From Haplodiscus bocki (taxonomy: Eukaryota): DNA of 64,000 bases. Below are positions 22,297 through 33,452 of this stretch, in pieces (position 1 is the stretch's first letter; each line of letters starts with the position of its first letter). The notes under the pieces are model-generated. The model worked only from the letters and a program-made list of their open reading frames with translations, had not been told where the DNA came from and made no database searches. The stretch is from NCBI GenBank assembly GCA_965655095.1, contig OZ296659.1, positions 64,790,001 to 64,854,000 of the forward strand, given 5' to 3'. The position numbers and the translations under genes are program-made.

Positions 22297-22778
22297 GTTC
22301 GAAATTTGCAACGACACACCAGCAAAGACTTCCCAAAAAGAGACAGACTAACACTTGCTCGCCAACACAAACGGGAGTATTTCACACAACTAGCGAGGGC
22401 CGTGAAGAAACCTCGTTTCAACCCCATTTGTGTTATAGTTTGAAACCAGAATATTCCTCCTGGAAGTTAATCTTTTGGGACAGCCAGCAACAGGAATTCA
22501 CCATACAGAACACATTTCTTCCCACTCAGCAGCTTGTTGTTCCGCTGCGCGCTATTACAGCTAATCCTCAGCATTGATTTAAATTTAAACTTTTCGAAGA
22601 AACTAATGGCTACCTTCATAATGACATTATGTACCTTGAAATTTCTTTCTTTGACCCGCCGATACCACCTACCCAGTCTTCTCTACTTTTTTTCTTTTCC
22701 GTAGAGACCCCCAATCATTTTCAACACCTTGTCAGTCGGGTGAGTTGTCGCGTTAGACCTAACGCTAAACAATCATAA
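22293..22778 (+). pseudogene. Accessory ORF reading through the PPT into the 3' LTR (one internal TGA)
   Basis: After TGA 22575 the frame continues FKFKLFEETNGYLHNDIMYLEISF...VSCRVRPNAKQS* to 22778. Confidence 0.55.
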
Positions 22779-24605
22779 CGGTAAACGTTAAACTAAAACT
22801 TTAACGCTAAACAGTCCATACTACTAAAGAGTGCTAGTCCCAAATTTACGTTACCAATAACGCTAGACGGGCATAACGTTAAAGAGTGCTAGTTCTAAAT
22901 TTAGCAAGGACGTAAAAGAAATAATAATAGCAACTTACCGTTTGAAGGGATAGTTGTTGGAGAGCGGTAACAAAGTTGAAATTGCACATTTTGAAGCTTC
23001 AAAATTTCGTTGCCATGCTTCAAACTGATAAAACGAAGCTTTTCTATTTGTAACCCCCCCGTTCTCGGATTTTGATTTTATTGCTTCACGAAAGGCACAC
23101 CTTCTTCATTTTTTGACGGTTTTTGATGCATCACGATATTTGGTGCTCCTTGGCGGAAGGCTTACCGTACTTGGTCATAGCCTTGAAAAGTACGAAAACG
23201 CGGCCATTTTGAACGCCGGCCACCAACACGAAAGCTCATGACTGACTTGATCGCCTACCGTCAACCACCACCTCCAAAACAGCGGAATAACTGAAATTCC
23301 TAATTTTCTCTTCGAGAACTTTCAAAATTTCAAGAAAATTAAAACCTTCGAACAAAATTCCAAGTTTCTTTAAATTAGCCAAAAGTTCTTCGACGGTGGA
23401 ATATTCCAACTATCCAAAGAAAAAAAGAAACTACTATTCAAAGATCAAGCGACTCAACAAAAAGAACTGCACGCGGTATATCAAAATATACTAAAAGTAT
23501 CGAAGAAAATGTTAGTATCTAAAATAACTCACCCTGGTAGAGTACATCTCACCAGGAAACTTAGTATTTAAGATCGGGCCTGTTAGCATATACTCTAAAG
23601 AGGAGCTAACGGATGACCACGATCCTAAAAGGACGTGTGAGACTCAATTGAGTTCCCGAACCATAAGAGAAATTGCTCGGTGGTCCTTCCGATTGGGGTT
23701 GTGCCTTTTTTGGGCTGCCTCCATTGAAGTGAAATGATGCCGAGTCTTAGATAAAATCACTAACACTAACCCAGTCTTCGATCAGATTCAGATGTCAGAG
23801 GCACATTGGTTCTTATTCAATGGTTTAAATTCCTAACCTAGGAGAAATCGCTCGGTTGCTACGCGTAAGCTGAGTTACCGTGTCTTAGCTACTAACCTAA
23901 CACCTCTGATCGAAACTGAATTAAAGTAAAATTGACTTAGGGGATTACTTGCAAAATGAACTGTTAGAAAAGACGGATAATTGTATTTTCCGTCCTGACG
24001 TAAACTTTTAGCAGGTTGATGGTGCTCGACGACAATTCATCTCCTATAAGGTTAGAAAAAGTATCATAACCAATGCTACTGTGATTTTACTGATTTTATA
24101 TCTAATGTTCCATCGAATTAAATCGTGTGCAACAAAATTCTTTTGAAATTTGTCGTAAAAATTTAGATTTATAATTTCGTCATAAATTGTCTGGGTGTTG
24201 ATAAATTTTGAACAAATAATTCTTGATAATACAGTTGCTGACTGCCTTACTTTGAATGAAAATTGAATAGAGTGAAATTTGAACTAACTTTTCTACGCTG
24301 GAACAGTACCGTCACCTTTGCCCACTCCCTACCAAGTTTACCATTATTGTATTTGGAGCCATAGATTTCTTTCAATATTATAACTGTCAACTCTGAATAA
24401 ATTCTTTGCAAATTCTTAAGCCACTTTATAGCAATCCACTAAATCCTTGCCAGCGAATTCACGCTCCACTTTTGTTCACGCGGGCCGACAAGGCAATTTT
24501 GAGACTTAAGTTGTTTAAATAGCAACGGCCGCACACCAGGAAGTTGACAAGTATTTGTCAATATATGTTGGAACCTAAATAATCCAGTACAATCCCCGCG
24601 CGACT
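22746..24605 (+). repeat. 3' LTR
   Basis: About 26 substitutions versus the 5' LTR and no indels seen. Terminal CA reads CT. Followed by the ACTT TSD. Confidence 0.97.
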
Positions 24606-27600
24606 ACTTTCCTCAGAGGTCGCTGATTCTCCTGGAGGTTTAATTAAAATGTATGCGTGACTGGCTTCAGCCAAACATTTATGTTAAAAAACATAATTCC
24701 GGTAACTCTACAAAAATATCAATTTTTACAACTTCTTTTTTTGGTCCTCCAATTGAAACTTACGGCTGCAGTAGCAAAACCTGCCGTCGAAGCGAGTGGA
24801 GCACACAGGAGTCAACTGGTGTGGCTCATGTTGGAAAACACAAATCACAAATTGTCTTTCTTTAAGCTCTGTCTAGAAAACGAAGAATTCAGACTATTCC
24901 TTACAGTAAGTGTCACATTACCAAAAATACAGAGAACTATTCTATCTCTGTGCATTGACGAAACCAATAGCCTATAATCATATGTTATTAAGCGTCATGG
25001 TTTATCGAAACACGTTTGTAGGACCTTTGAAAAACTCAGAAAAAACACTGACTTCATACCTAAACGAAACGCTTTACTCGAACCTTTTCCTAATTTCTTA
25101 CACTCATGTTTTAAAAAGGCAATCGAGTGTTCACAGAAATAATAAAAACTCAACAGACGTGAAAGGTTATCCGCAGGCATATCAAATAGTGCCATGCCAA
25201 AATATTTACCGAACCGGCGTTGGTCACCCAAGGGCACATTGCACGTCTTTCTCCAAAAAAGTCTCACAATGCTAAAAATGAGTAGAACAACCCAGTTGCA
25301 TTTGCTTTTACACTGTAAATGGAATTAGTCCATACTAAAACGTTGCCGATTATTATTTCTTGCCGGGAATACCGAGGTTTCCTCCGGAAACATAAAAATT
25401 GTTTCAGCCAATCAGAATTGAGAATGCATAACCTTGAAACTTTGTCAACTCATCAAAATCGCACATCGCAAGGACGAGAAATCCTCGACAGTTCTCTCAC
25501 CTAGGATTAAACAACTTTGTGAAGTCTGAGCTAGAGCTGGCTCGCCTTAGCATTTCTTAGTACATTACGGTCTTCAACACCCTCTTGATGTGTTTGAGGC
25601 AAAATTGAGAAGTAGCTGAACATTCATCTGCATCATTAGCTGGTTGAAATTCAATTCAAAGAACCAAAAAGTTGCAATGCCTGAGACGAGTTCCAAATTC
25701 TTAGTAAAAACTGAGAGCTCTTAAGAAAGCGCAAGAGACGCTTAAAGAGATTCCAAGTCGCTTTTCTCGGGTTGGAAACGAACTGTGCTAAGTCATATAC
25801 AGCAAAATGAAGGTCGAACGACTGGCAACAACCAAATACATTTAGTTACCAACTAAACTGGGATGTTTCAATTTGAATGTCTGTCATGTCAAGAATTTCA
25901 TTACCAAATGCAAATTGGCAGCTAAACTAGTTTTGTTGGCTGTGAAGCAACGCGGTGGTAATGGTCAGCCTGCGCTCAATCATTTAATTTTTGCGTATTA
26001 TATGTTTTGTTTAGGACTGTTGAATTAAACTTGTGCAAAAAGGTGACTTGTTGACGTCGTATGGGAAAAACTATTTTAATTTTCCTCAATCAACGATTAT
26101 GAAGTCATCGCTGATTTTGGACTTAAAATATTCGAGCACTTTGTCAATGGTTTAACAGTATAGAATGTCATCAAAAGCTCTCCAAACGTCGAGCTGAAAA
26201 ACTAAAACAGATCATGAACCTGTGAGGAATAAAAAAATTCTTAAAGGGTAAACTTGATCTTTCGGCAAGAAAAAGTTTCTTCGGAGCTGGTGTGGAAGAT
26301 TTTTGAAGAGCCTTGAACTACGGAGTGAGCCTTATCTCAATGGTTCTGTTGTCATTGTTTTTCGTTTTGAAAACATCTTCCAATGCAGACTGTTTTTCTC
26401 TCTGGAATAACCGAAAGATCCCATGTTTTGTTTTTCAAGAGTGACTCGTGTTTCCTCAGTTTGGCGGCTGCCCATTCGCCTATAGCGAGGAGTTCCTGGC
26501 ATTTCGATAGTTTAGGTTATCATCTAGATAGTACCAAGTCGTTAATTTATCATTGAGCGTTTGGGCGCATATTGGGCTTTTTCTCTCGATGGGTTTCAAA
26601 ACGTTTGAACGCGTTGCACGCAAAAATTTCAATATTATATTCATCAAGTTCATCAGAAAATCACTTTCCCAAAAAGGTGCTGCTTCGTGAAAGGTTTTTG
26701 GTGAAACAATGGTTTGAAATGTATGAAGCAGTATGCAACGATCGGATAGAGAATTAACGGTTGGACAACAATTTCCCATTTTTTACGTGTGCAACAATGC
26801 TTTCAAAAAAATGGCCAATGAAAGGGAACGCTTAACATCTCTTATTACGATTGAATTTACAACTAAGTGACCTCAAGCTAATTCAATCAGTATTTGTCAT
26901 GTCGCACTGCTGTAAACTGCCAGAGTTAACAAGTTCCAATCTGCATTTTTTCTAACAATTTGATGCCCACGTCTTCTCCCATCACAAATGAACCCCCTGT
27001 GCATGTAGCAGTTAGTCAGACTAAAAGAAACGAATATGCAGCAGCTTGACTTTGCACAATTCCCAAAATGTACATTTTCCAATTTTCCCACGCCGCACTT
27101 CCACTGCAACTTTGAGCCTACAATGCTTGAAAACTTAATATGTTGTTCAAGAAAAAAACGCAACCGCAGAAGTTGGATACTTGCCACTATTTTGTTAATT
27201 TTAGAAGAAAATTTAATAAGTTTTATGCCCATTACCATTAGTAATGCATCGATTGGGCATGATCAATTCACTAGACAGAGATTTAATGAATTTTTCATCA
27301 ACCGGTGAAGTAAAATCAATCACGCGAGATTAATAACATCATCAAGGTCATTCAAAAGTTGTAGATTTTTGGTCAAGTTATTCTGTAGTAGTTGTTATCT
27401 GATACAAAGTTGGTTCGGTAGTTTCATGGTGAAATCACGGTAGATGAATATTGGTTTATTGAAGTGAAAAACGTCATCTTTTTGCTTTTGTACTCAAGAC
27501 AGTGGAGAATTCTTTTTCATCTGAGCAAATATTGAACCTCGTGTTGCAGAATGAAATTTCAAACTACAAAAATTAACAATCGGTTTGATGGAAGTTCAAT

Positions 27601-27727
27601 TGGAAAGCCAAATTCCGTTTTCGTTTTTGATTGTGAAGTTTCTGACATCTTTGGTTCCGTTTTTCTCACCGTTGTATTCTGACGCAACAAGACAATTACT
27701 TTCGTCTAACCTGAAAAAAAGAGTTGA

Positions 27728-29295
27728 CCCGGGTCGAAATTTTTTCGAGATTCGCCGTTTTTTTCTAAGATCGCCGGTAATTCCGCTGATACCGCCATTA
27801 ATCTTCTAAGAACCACCGATGCGCCGTCGTTGTAGAATTTCTGCAGCAAATTGAGGTTGACCGCCGATATTTTTTGGCAAAAAGCCGTTATTTCCGCCGA
27901 TAAAAGGATCTGTGGAAGTAGTAACTACAAGGAGGCATTGAAACAAGCCAATATTCTACCAACACTCTATTTCAAGGTTTTGCAGGATCTATTGATGTTC
28001 AGCTCCTTAGCGACCGGAAAATACGACGTTGACTTTTCGGAGGAACTCCAATTTGTTGGAACTGGTATCAGGCGAAGAGTTCTACTCCCCGACAACAGAT
28101 ATGAAGTGCAGTGGCTAAATTTCTGGTACAGAACAGGGTTCAGAGTGAATGTCATAGAACAACGAATGGACTTTTTTAACAAGAAAAATTTGAAGAACAG
28201 ACTGATTCAGTACATGTGGAGCTATTTTGAGCGAAATTGTAATGAGCAGAATTTATGAACATGGACTTTTGTTTGTATTTGCGAAAACTGTGGTGCTAAC
28301 CCAAAAATTTGAATGCGAGGCTAATACCCCAGTGGCATATCCAGGAAGTCATTTTAACGATAAAAATAATAATATCCCACGAAAAAAGCGCCGGTAAAAT
28401 TTTTTGATACTGATGGAGAAAAAGGCGTACCCAATCGGAAAACCATATTTCCCCAAAAGAACAACAGAAGACGTAGCAATGTTTTTTGTTTCAAAATGGA
28501 GGCTATCGTACACCGAAATCTTCGCCTAGAACAGTCCGTGAAAAAAGTGGAAAAATCAAGTTTCATAAAAAAAATAGACATTCGGTTCCGTCGTCTTCAA
28601 CTGTAGTTGTGGGAGTGAAGATTGTTCGACAACTATAATTGCTTTTTTTTGCTTTTGACGAAAACGTTTTGTCTTTTCAGATTCATTGGGTCTTTTCTAT
28701 TTTGTGCGATATCTGAATCGGGCTGCTTGACCTTCAATGTGGTGTCATTTTTCTTGATATCTCTTCTGTTAAGCAGTTTTGGGGTCCTCTGGAGGCCACG
28801 TTTACGTCATGGATCGTGTCAAGTGAGCTAAATTGTGACGGCAAGCTGAGAGCCTCCAGTTTGAAACATCAGGACTGCTGTTCCCGTCATCTGCAAACTT
28901 GGTTTGTGGAAGGCAACGTTGTTGGAAGGCAACAACTTGATTCACGTTTTGTATCCTTTTGACTAGCTAGTTGAGGAGGTCCGAAATTCAAGACTTTCGC
29001 TGCTAATGTTGAATGACAGCGGCGAAAAATATATCGGCGAAATTTCGCTAAGATAGTGGTGATTCGAGTCCGCCGTTATTTTTCTAAGATATGGGTGGTA
29101 ATTATCGGCGGAAATTGACTAAGGAACGGCTGTAATCGCTGTTATTTTTCCAAGAAACGCCGGTAACCGCTGCTAAATTTCTAAGAAACGCCGGTAACCG
29201 CCGTTATTTTTCTACGAATTACCGGTGGTTTTGCGATTTTTTTTACCGCCGATCCGGTTATCGTAGAAAAATTTCAGCCAAAATTTCGACCCGGG
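27728..29295. mobile_element. Non-autonomous DNA transposon (CCC termini, 15-bp TIR, 2-bp TSD; CACTA/CMC-like)
   Basis: CCCGGGTCGAAATTT at 27728-27742 and AAATTTCGACCCGGG at 29281-29295, with GA on both flanks. Subterminal CGCCG..TTCTAAGA repeats at both ends. Confidence 0.8.
27902..28372 (+). mobile_element. 5'-truncated CR1/L2-type LINE, 3' end of ORF2
   Basis: ICGSSNYKEALKQANILP...QDLLMF...GKYD...NFWYR...TWTFVCICENC is typical of the CR1/L2 ORF2 C-terminus. Short 3' UTR with an AAT-rich tail. Confidence 0.7.
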
Positions 29296-30080
29296 GATCA
29301 ACTTAGAAAGCGAAAGACTCTTTAAAAAGCGGACTTCACATTGACTGACATTTCTGAATCATTTGTATGAAGTTCAAGACCTGATGATTTTTCACATTCA
29401 AGGTTGATTACTCCTCCTTTTACGAATTCAAATTTAAAAGCGTTTTCATCATGAGCAGTTCAATATTTTAATATGTTAGGTTGATTATAAAACATCTGCA
29501 GGTAACAAACTGAAAATATGAAGTCATCTTTTTCAATTGCTCACGAAGACTGCTGCGTAGATTTTTTCTTAAAATACAATAAAAAAGGTGTATTTTTTGA
29601 AATCGGATTGGATTTTTGTCTCATTTCCGGTTTTTCAAGTCGAGGAAAAACTAAAATGATAAAACAGATTGAACAAATTGGAGATTTCCAACTTTTACGA
29701 GATCGAATTCGTGATAGATTTTACCAAAGACATGAACAGTTTCTATTGCACTGAATCTAAACCAATTTTTGAACCGTTAGTTCATTCGCCGCATGATTCA
29801 TTCAACTCAGTTGTCAATCAGTGCTTCTTCCAGAGTCCAAGTAGGGCTTATGTACACCTTCCAGCCTATGCACCCCTAGATGAAATTTTCAAAAAGCCAA
29901 CTTGCATTGGCGCCGAAAATAGATGTCTTTGTTTCGAGTGCTTCATTCAAAGGAGAATGCTTCGAAAGTTGCGAAACCAAATCCAGCACCGCTGACTATA
30001 AAGAATGCCTGCATTCCATCGTTTTGTCAAAGCAGTGAAAACTTAAGTCTTGGTAAGCTTTATTTGCAAGATTTATTCTC

Positions 30081-30081
<1 letters not shown>

Positions 30082-30120
<39 letters not shown>
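30082..30120. repeat. (CA)n microsatellite
   Basis: About 19-20 AC units. Confidence 0.97.
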
Positions 30121-30121
<1 letters not shown>

Positions 30122-30253
30122 CACAAACATATATAACACATTTTAGAAGTCAAGTTTTCAAATATGAGTTAGACTTTTCAGTTTGGAAAGAATTCATCGT
30201 CATGAACCTGGTATCATCAATTTTTAGTTGGAGGCTCTTTGCAGAAAAACATA

Positions 30254-31702
30254 TGTCATACCCGCATGAGGGAAATATGAGATATCTACGTATCCCTAAA
30301 GTTACGTTATGTTACATATGTATGAAGCCATACATATGTAACATAACGTAACTTTAGGGTAACTTGCTTAAAGCTAGTTCTGTAGCCATAAATCGCATAA
30401 AGGTATAAATGCAACTATGTACTTTTACTTTCCTTCTCCCTGGTATAAACGAGACTACGAAATTGTTGAATAACCATATGTGCTATCTAGAAAGTAATGC
30501 TGAGCTTATAAAGGTAACTTCAACTATCAAACAACAAAGAACCAGAATATATCCGTTAAAATGACATAATCAGATGATGGCTCACGTATGCTATAACTCA
30601 CATAAACGACCCCGGTAAGCACCAACCGGCATACTAAACGTCACTGTAAAAGCCCTCTGTAACAGTACAATAGACAGAACCATAAATGAGGTGGAAAACA
30701 TTTTCATCGGAAAACATCCATTCGATGATTTTACCGCATTAATCTAATATGAGCCACAAATTCTTGTAAATACTCAAAAGAGAACTACAAACAACAATAG
30801 AATAGATTACGGGTCAATACAACTTTCATCAGTTTATATTTGTACAACCAAAATTTGCAATACTGACTGCTACATTGGTTCTTCATTTCACCCATTTCCA
30901 TCAGGAGCAAGGCAATCACACTGAATAAACACTCGCAGTTGAATTAAACGTCATCCGTTTCAATCTAAGAGATGAAAACTACAAAATGAACGTACCTGAT
31001 AAAATTATCATTCATCATTTCTCATCAAATACAATGTAAATATTGATTTAAATGCCTCACTGCTGAACCATAGTGACGTGAATGAGCTGCATAAGGATTG
31101 AGCCACCTCGAAATTCATCCAGTTTACGATACTGTGACTATCAACCTCAAAATAGCAATAAAACCTTAATCGGATTATTATAAAAGAGCCAAAGGATTAA
31201 TTCCGATGAAAACTAGAACCACCTGAAACCATTACGGTACAAAAGTACCAACTTCTAGAAAGCTTTAAACTACATAAAATTGATCGAAATTTCAGCCAAT
31301 GCAATCTTTTCACAAAAGTTAGTGCTGCTTTTTATATAAAATGAACTATATTAGATTTATGCAAACTCTTCGCGCTAAATTTGCATAAACATCATGTTTC
31401 ATGAAAATAGCCACCACGGTTGCGGTGTAGTTGCGGTCATGCATTTTTTTGTTAATTAGCGCAGCAACTAACGAGTTAATGACAAGTTGCCTAGATCAGA
31501 TTATATTTTATTATTCGATTTTATTATCGGTCACGTGATCACGCAATTCCACCAAGACCCAACGCAAATTTAGCTGAATGAGCTGATTAGCATGCAACCA
31601 GAGAATAATTTGAACCACTTCCATGAACGACAGCAGTAAATTACAGAAAACTGAAATGGCATGTAAATCACCTCTTGTATTAGCTTTCGTTACGACCTGA
31701 CA
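30254..31702 (+). mobile_element. Solo LTR-like element, TGTCA...TGACA family
   Basis: TGTCAT start and TGACA end. Homologous to 42053-42310 and, inverted, to 57310-58350. No TSD recognised. Confidence 0.6.
30294..30359. repeat. Perfect 31-bp inverted repeat with a 4-nt loop
   Basis: CCCTAAAGTTACGTTATGTTACATATGTATG-AAGC-reverse complement. Confidence 0.95.
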
Positions 31703-31989
31703 TTACTGAGCTCACTTTTGTAAAAAGATTTTTTTTCAGAATCCAAATGCCACTATCCTAAAATTCATCTAAATCCATCAATTAACTTAAATCTTAAAAG
31801 TTTTATGCAAGTTTTTGATTCGTTTCGCAAACTAAGGAACGGTAAGAAATACCATACCACAAATAACACAATCGTTAGCGAAAACAGCAGTTCCGAGGGT
31901 AGTATTGCCACGAACCCCCAGATACAAATGAAACGAAGGCCCCCAAATCCGCGCAATAACTCAAGAAGAAGTTGATGAGCATATTAAGA

Positions 31990-33452
31990 GCTTCATCGCA
32001 CCCCTCACGAAGCATTCCAAGGAATGGCAACTGCATCGCATCCAAACTATTACCCAATGACAGGTACCAGCTCTAGTTGTAGTGCACCCGGATATCAGCT
32101 CGACTACAAGAAAGACAAAACAATTGGACTGGCAAAAAAAATCGTCTGCCGGCAAGGAGTCTTCAAACTCGAGCTCTAGTCCCAAAAGAGGTCGCGCTGA
32201 TTTTTCAACTGAACTCGGCTCCTTATCGAGTTCTGTCCCCAGTTTGTCGAGCAAAGTTGAGTCAACCGGTTCCACAACAGATAAGAGTTCAACGTCAAAG
32301 AAGTCAGTTTGCTTTAGTGACAGTATTTCCTCTGAGAAAAGCAGCCAGCTGTTCTTGGGAAAACAGCAAAGTAGGGGAGCCTGGAGCCTGGAGACGATGA
32401 AGCGTCATCGGCAGCAACCTTGGGAGACTTGAGAAAAGCAAGCAGTAGGCTTGAACTAGGAGGTTTGGATTCAAGTGCAGCAACTTTTAATGAAATAAGT
32501 GAAAGTGCAGAAGACGGGGGTTGCCTTGAGAGTGTTTTTGACAATGATGGCGCTGAGAATGATGGCAATGAAAAAGTTTTATGATTTGGATAAATAGTTT
32601 TGGATTAACGGCTCATTAATATAATTAAGGAACTTTTTCAGAAAACTATTTTTCTACTATTTAAGGTTCCCAAGCGTTGAACGGGAAAACGCGCTCAAGG
32701 CAGTTGGAAACAGAATCAGAACTCAATTTCGAGAACAATTTTTGTCAAAATGTTGAATTTTCAACAAATGCAAAAATGTAAGAACTAAGATATTGGCATC
32801 TTATCCAAATCATCAAGCACATTGCAGAATTTTGGGGCGAGCGAAAGGAATTTTGATTCCATTGAAACTAACGCGGGTGGAACTGGAGGTGCAGATATTG
32901 AGGATCTGAACCTCAGGAACCCGTTAGTTTGGCAAGTTAGAACTCATTGCCAGATGAAGGCAACAGTATAGTGTCTGAAGACCAACTTCCAGCATCAGAT
33001 GATCCAGAAGATGATGAACCGGATTATGAGGATGATGAATTAAACTTTGATTCTACGCCTGTAGGAAACCAAGGTGACAGACAAGGAGCATGGAATGTAT
33101 TTGGGGATAGAATCCACCGGAGAGCAAGTAATCAGAGAATGTGATGGTGAACTTCCAAATCTAAACGAAGTGACCGGCGAGGATCTCGACAAATCTTCAG
33201 AATTAGAAATGGAGCACAACTCGGTCACGTCTGAAAAACCTGACAACCCATTTCCTTCTGGTAGTCACGGCATCACCGAGACACAAAATCGAGAACGGCT
33301 TTCAGGAACCATAGAAACTTCCATTGACTCTGAAAATCCTGAACCTCAAAATGGAGAACGTCTTTCAGGAAGAATGGAAATTTCCATTGACCGGGAAAAT
33401 CTTGAATCCCAATATGGGGAAGGGCTGTCAGAAGAAATGAATAGTTTGATTT
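31990..33452 (+). pseudogene. Decayed Ser/acidic low-complexity coding sequence, part 1
   Basis: Successive S/E/D-rich frames (32082-32432, about 32385-32575, 32947-33144, 33074-33452) joined by frameshifts. Interrupted by an LTR at 33453. Confidence 0.5.

Larger units (their letters stand above)
7266..24605 (+). mobile_element. Full-length 17.3-kb env-bearing Ty3/Gypsy (Metaviridae) retroelement with a macrodomain in Pol and multiple accessory ORFs
   Basis: Two 1860-bp direct LTRs. TSD ACTT at 7262-7265 and 24606-24609. PBS at 9129. Domain order gag(CCHC)-PR-macro-RT-RH-IN-env. Confidence 0.97.
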
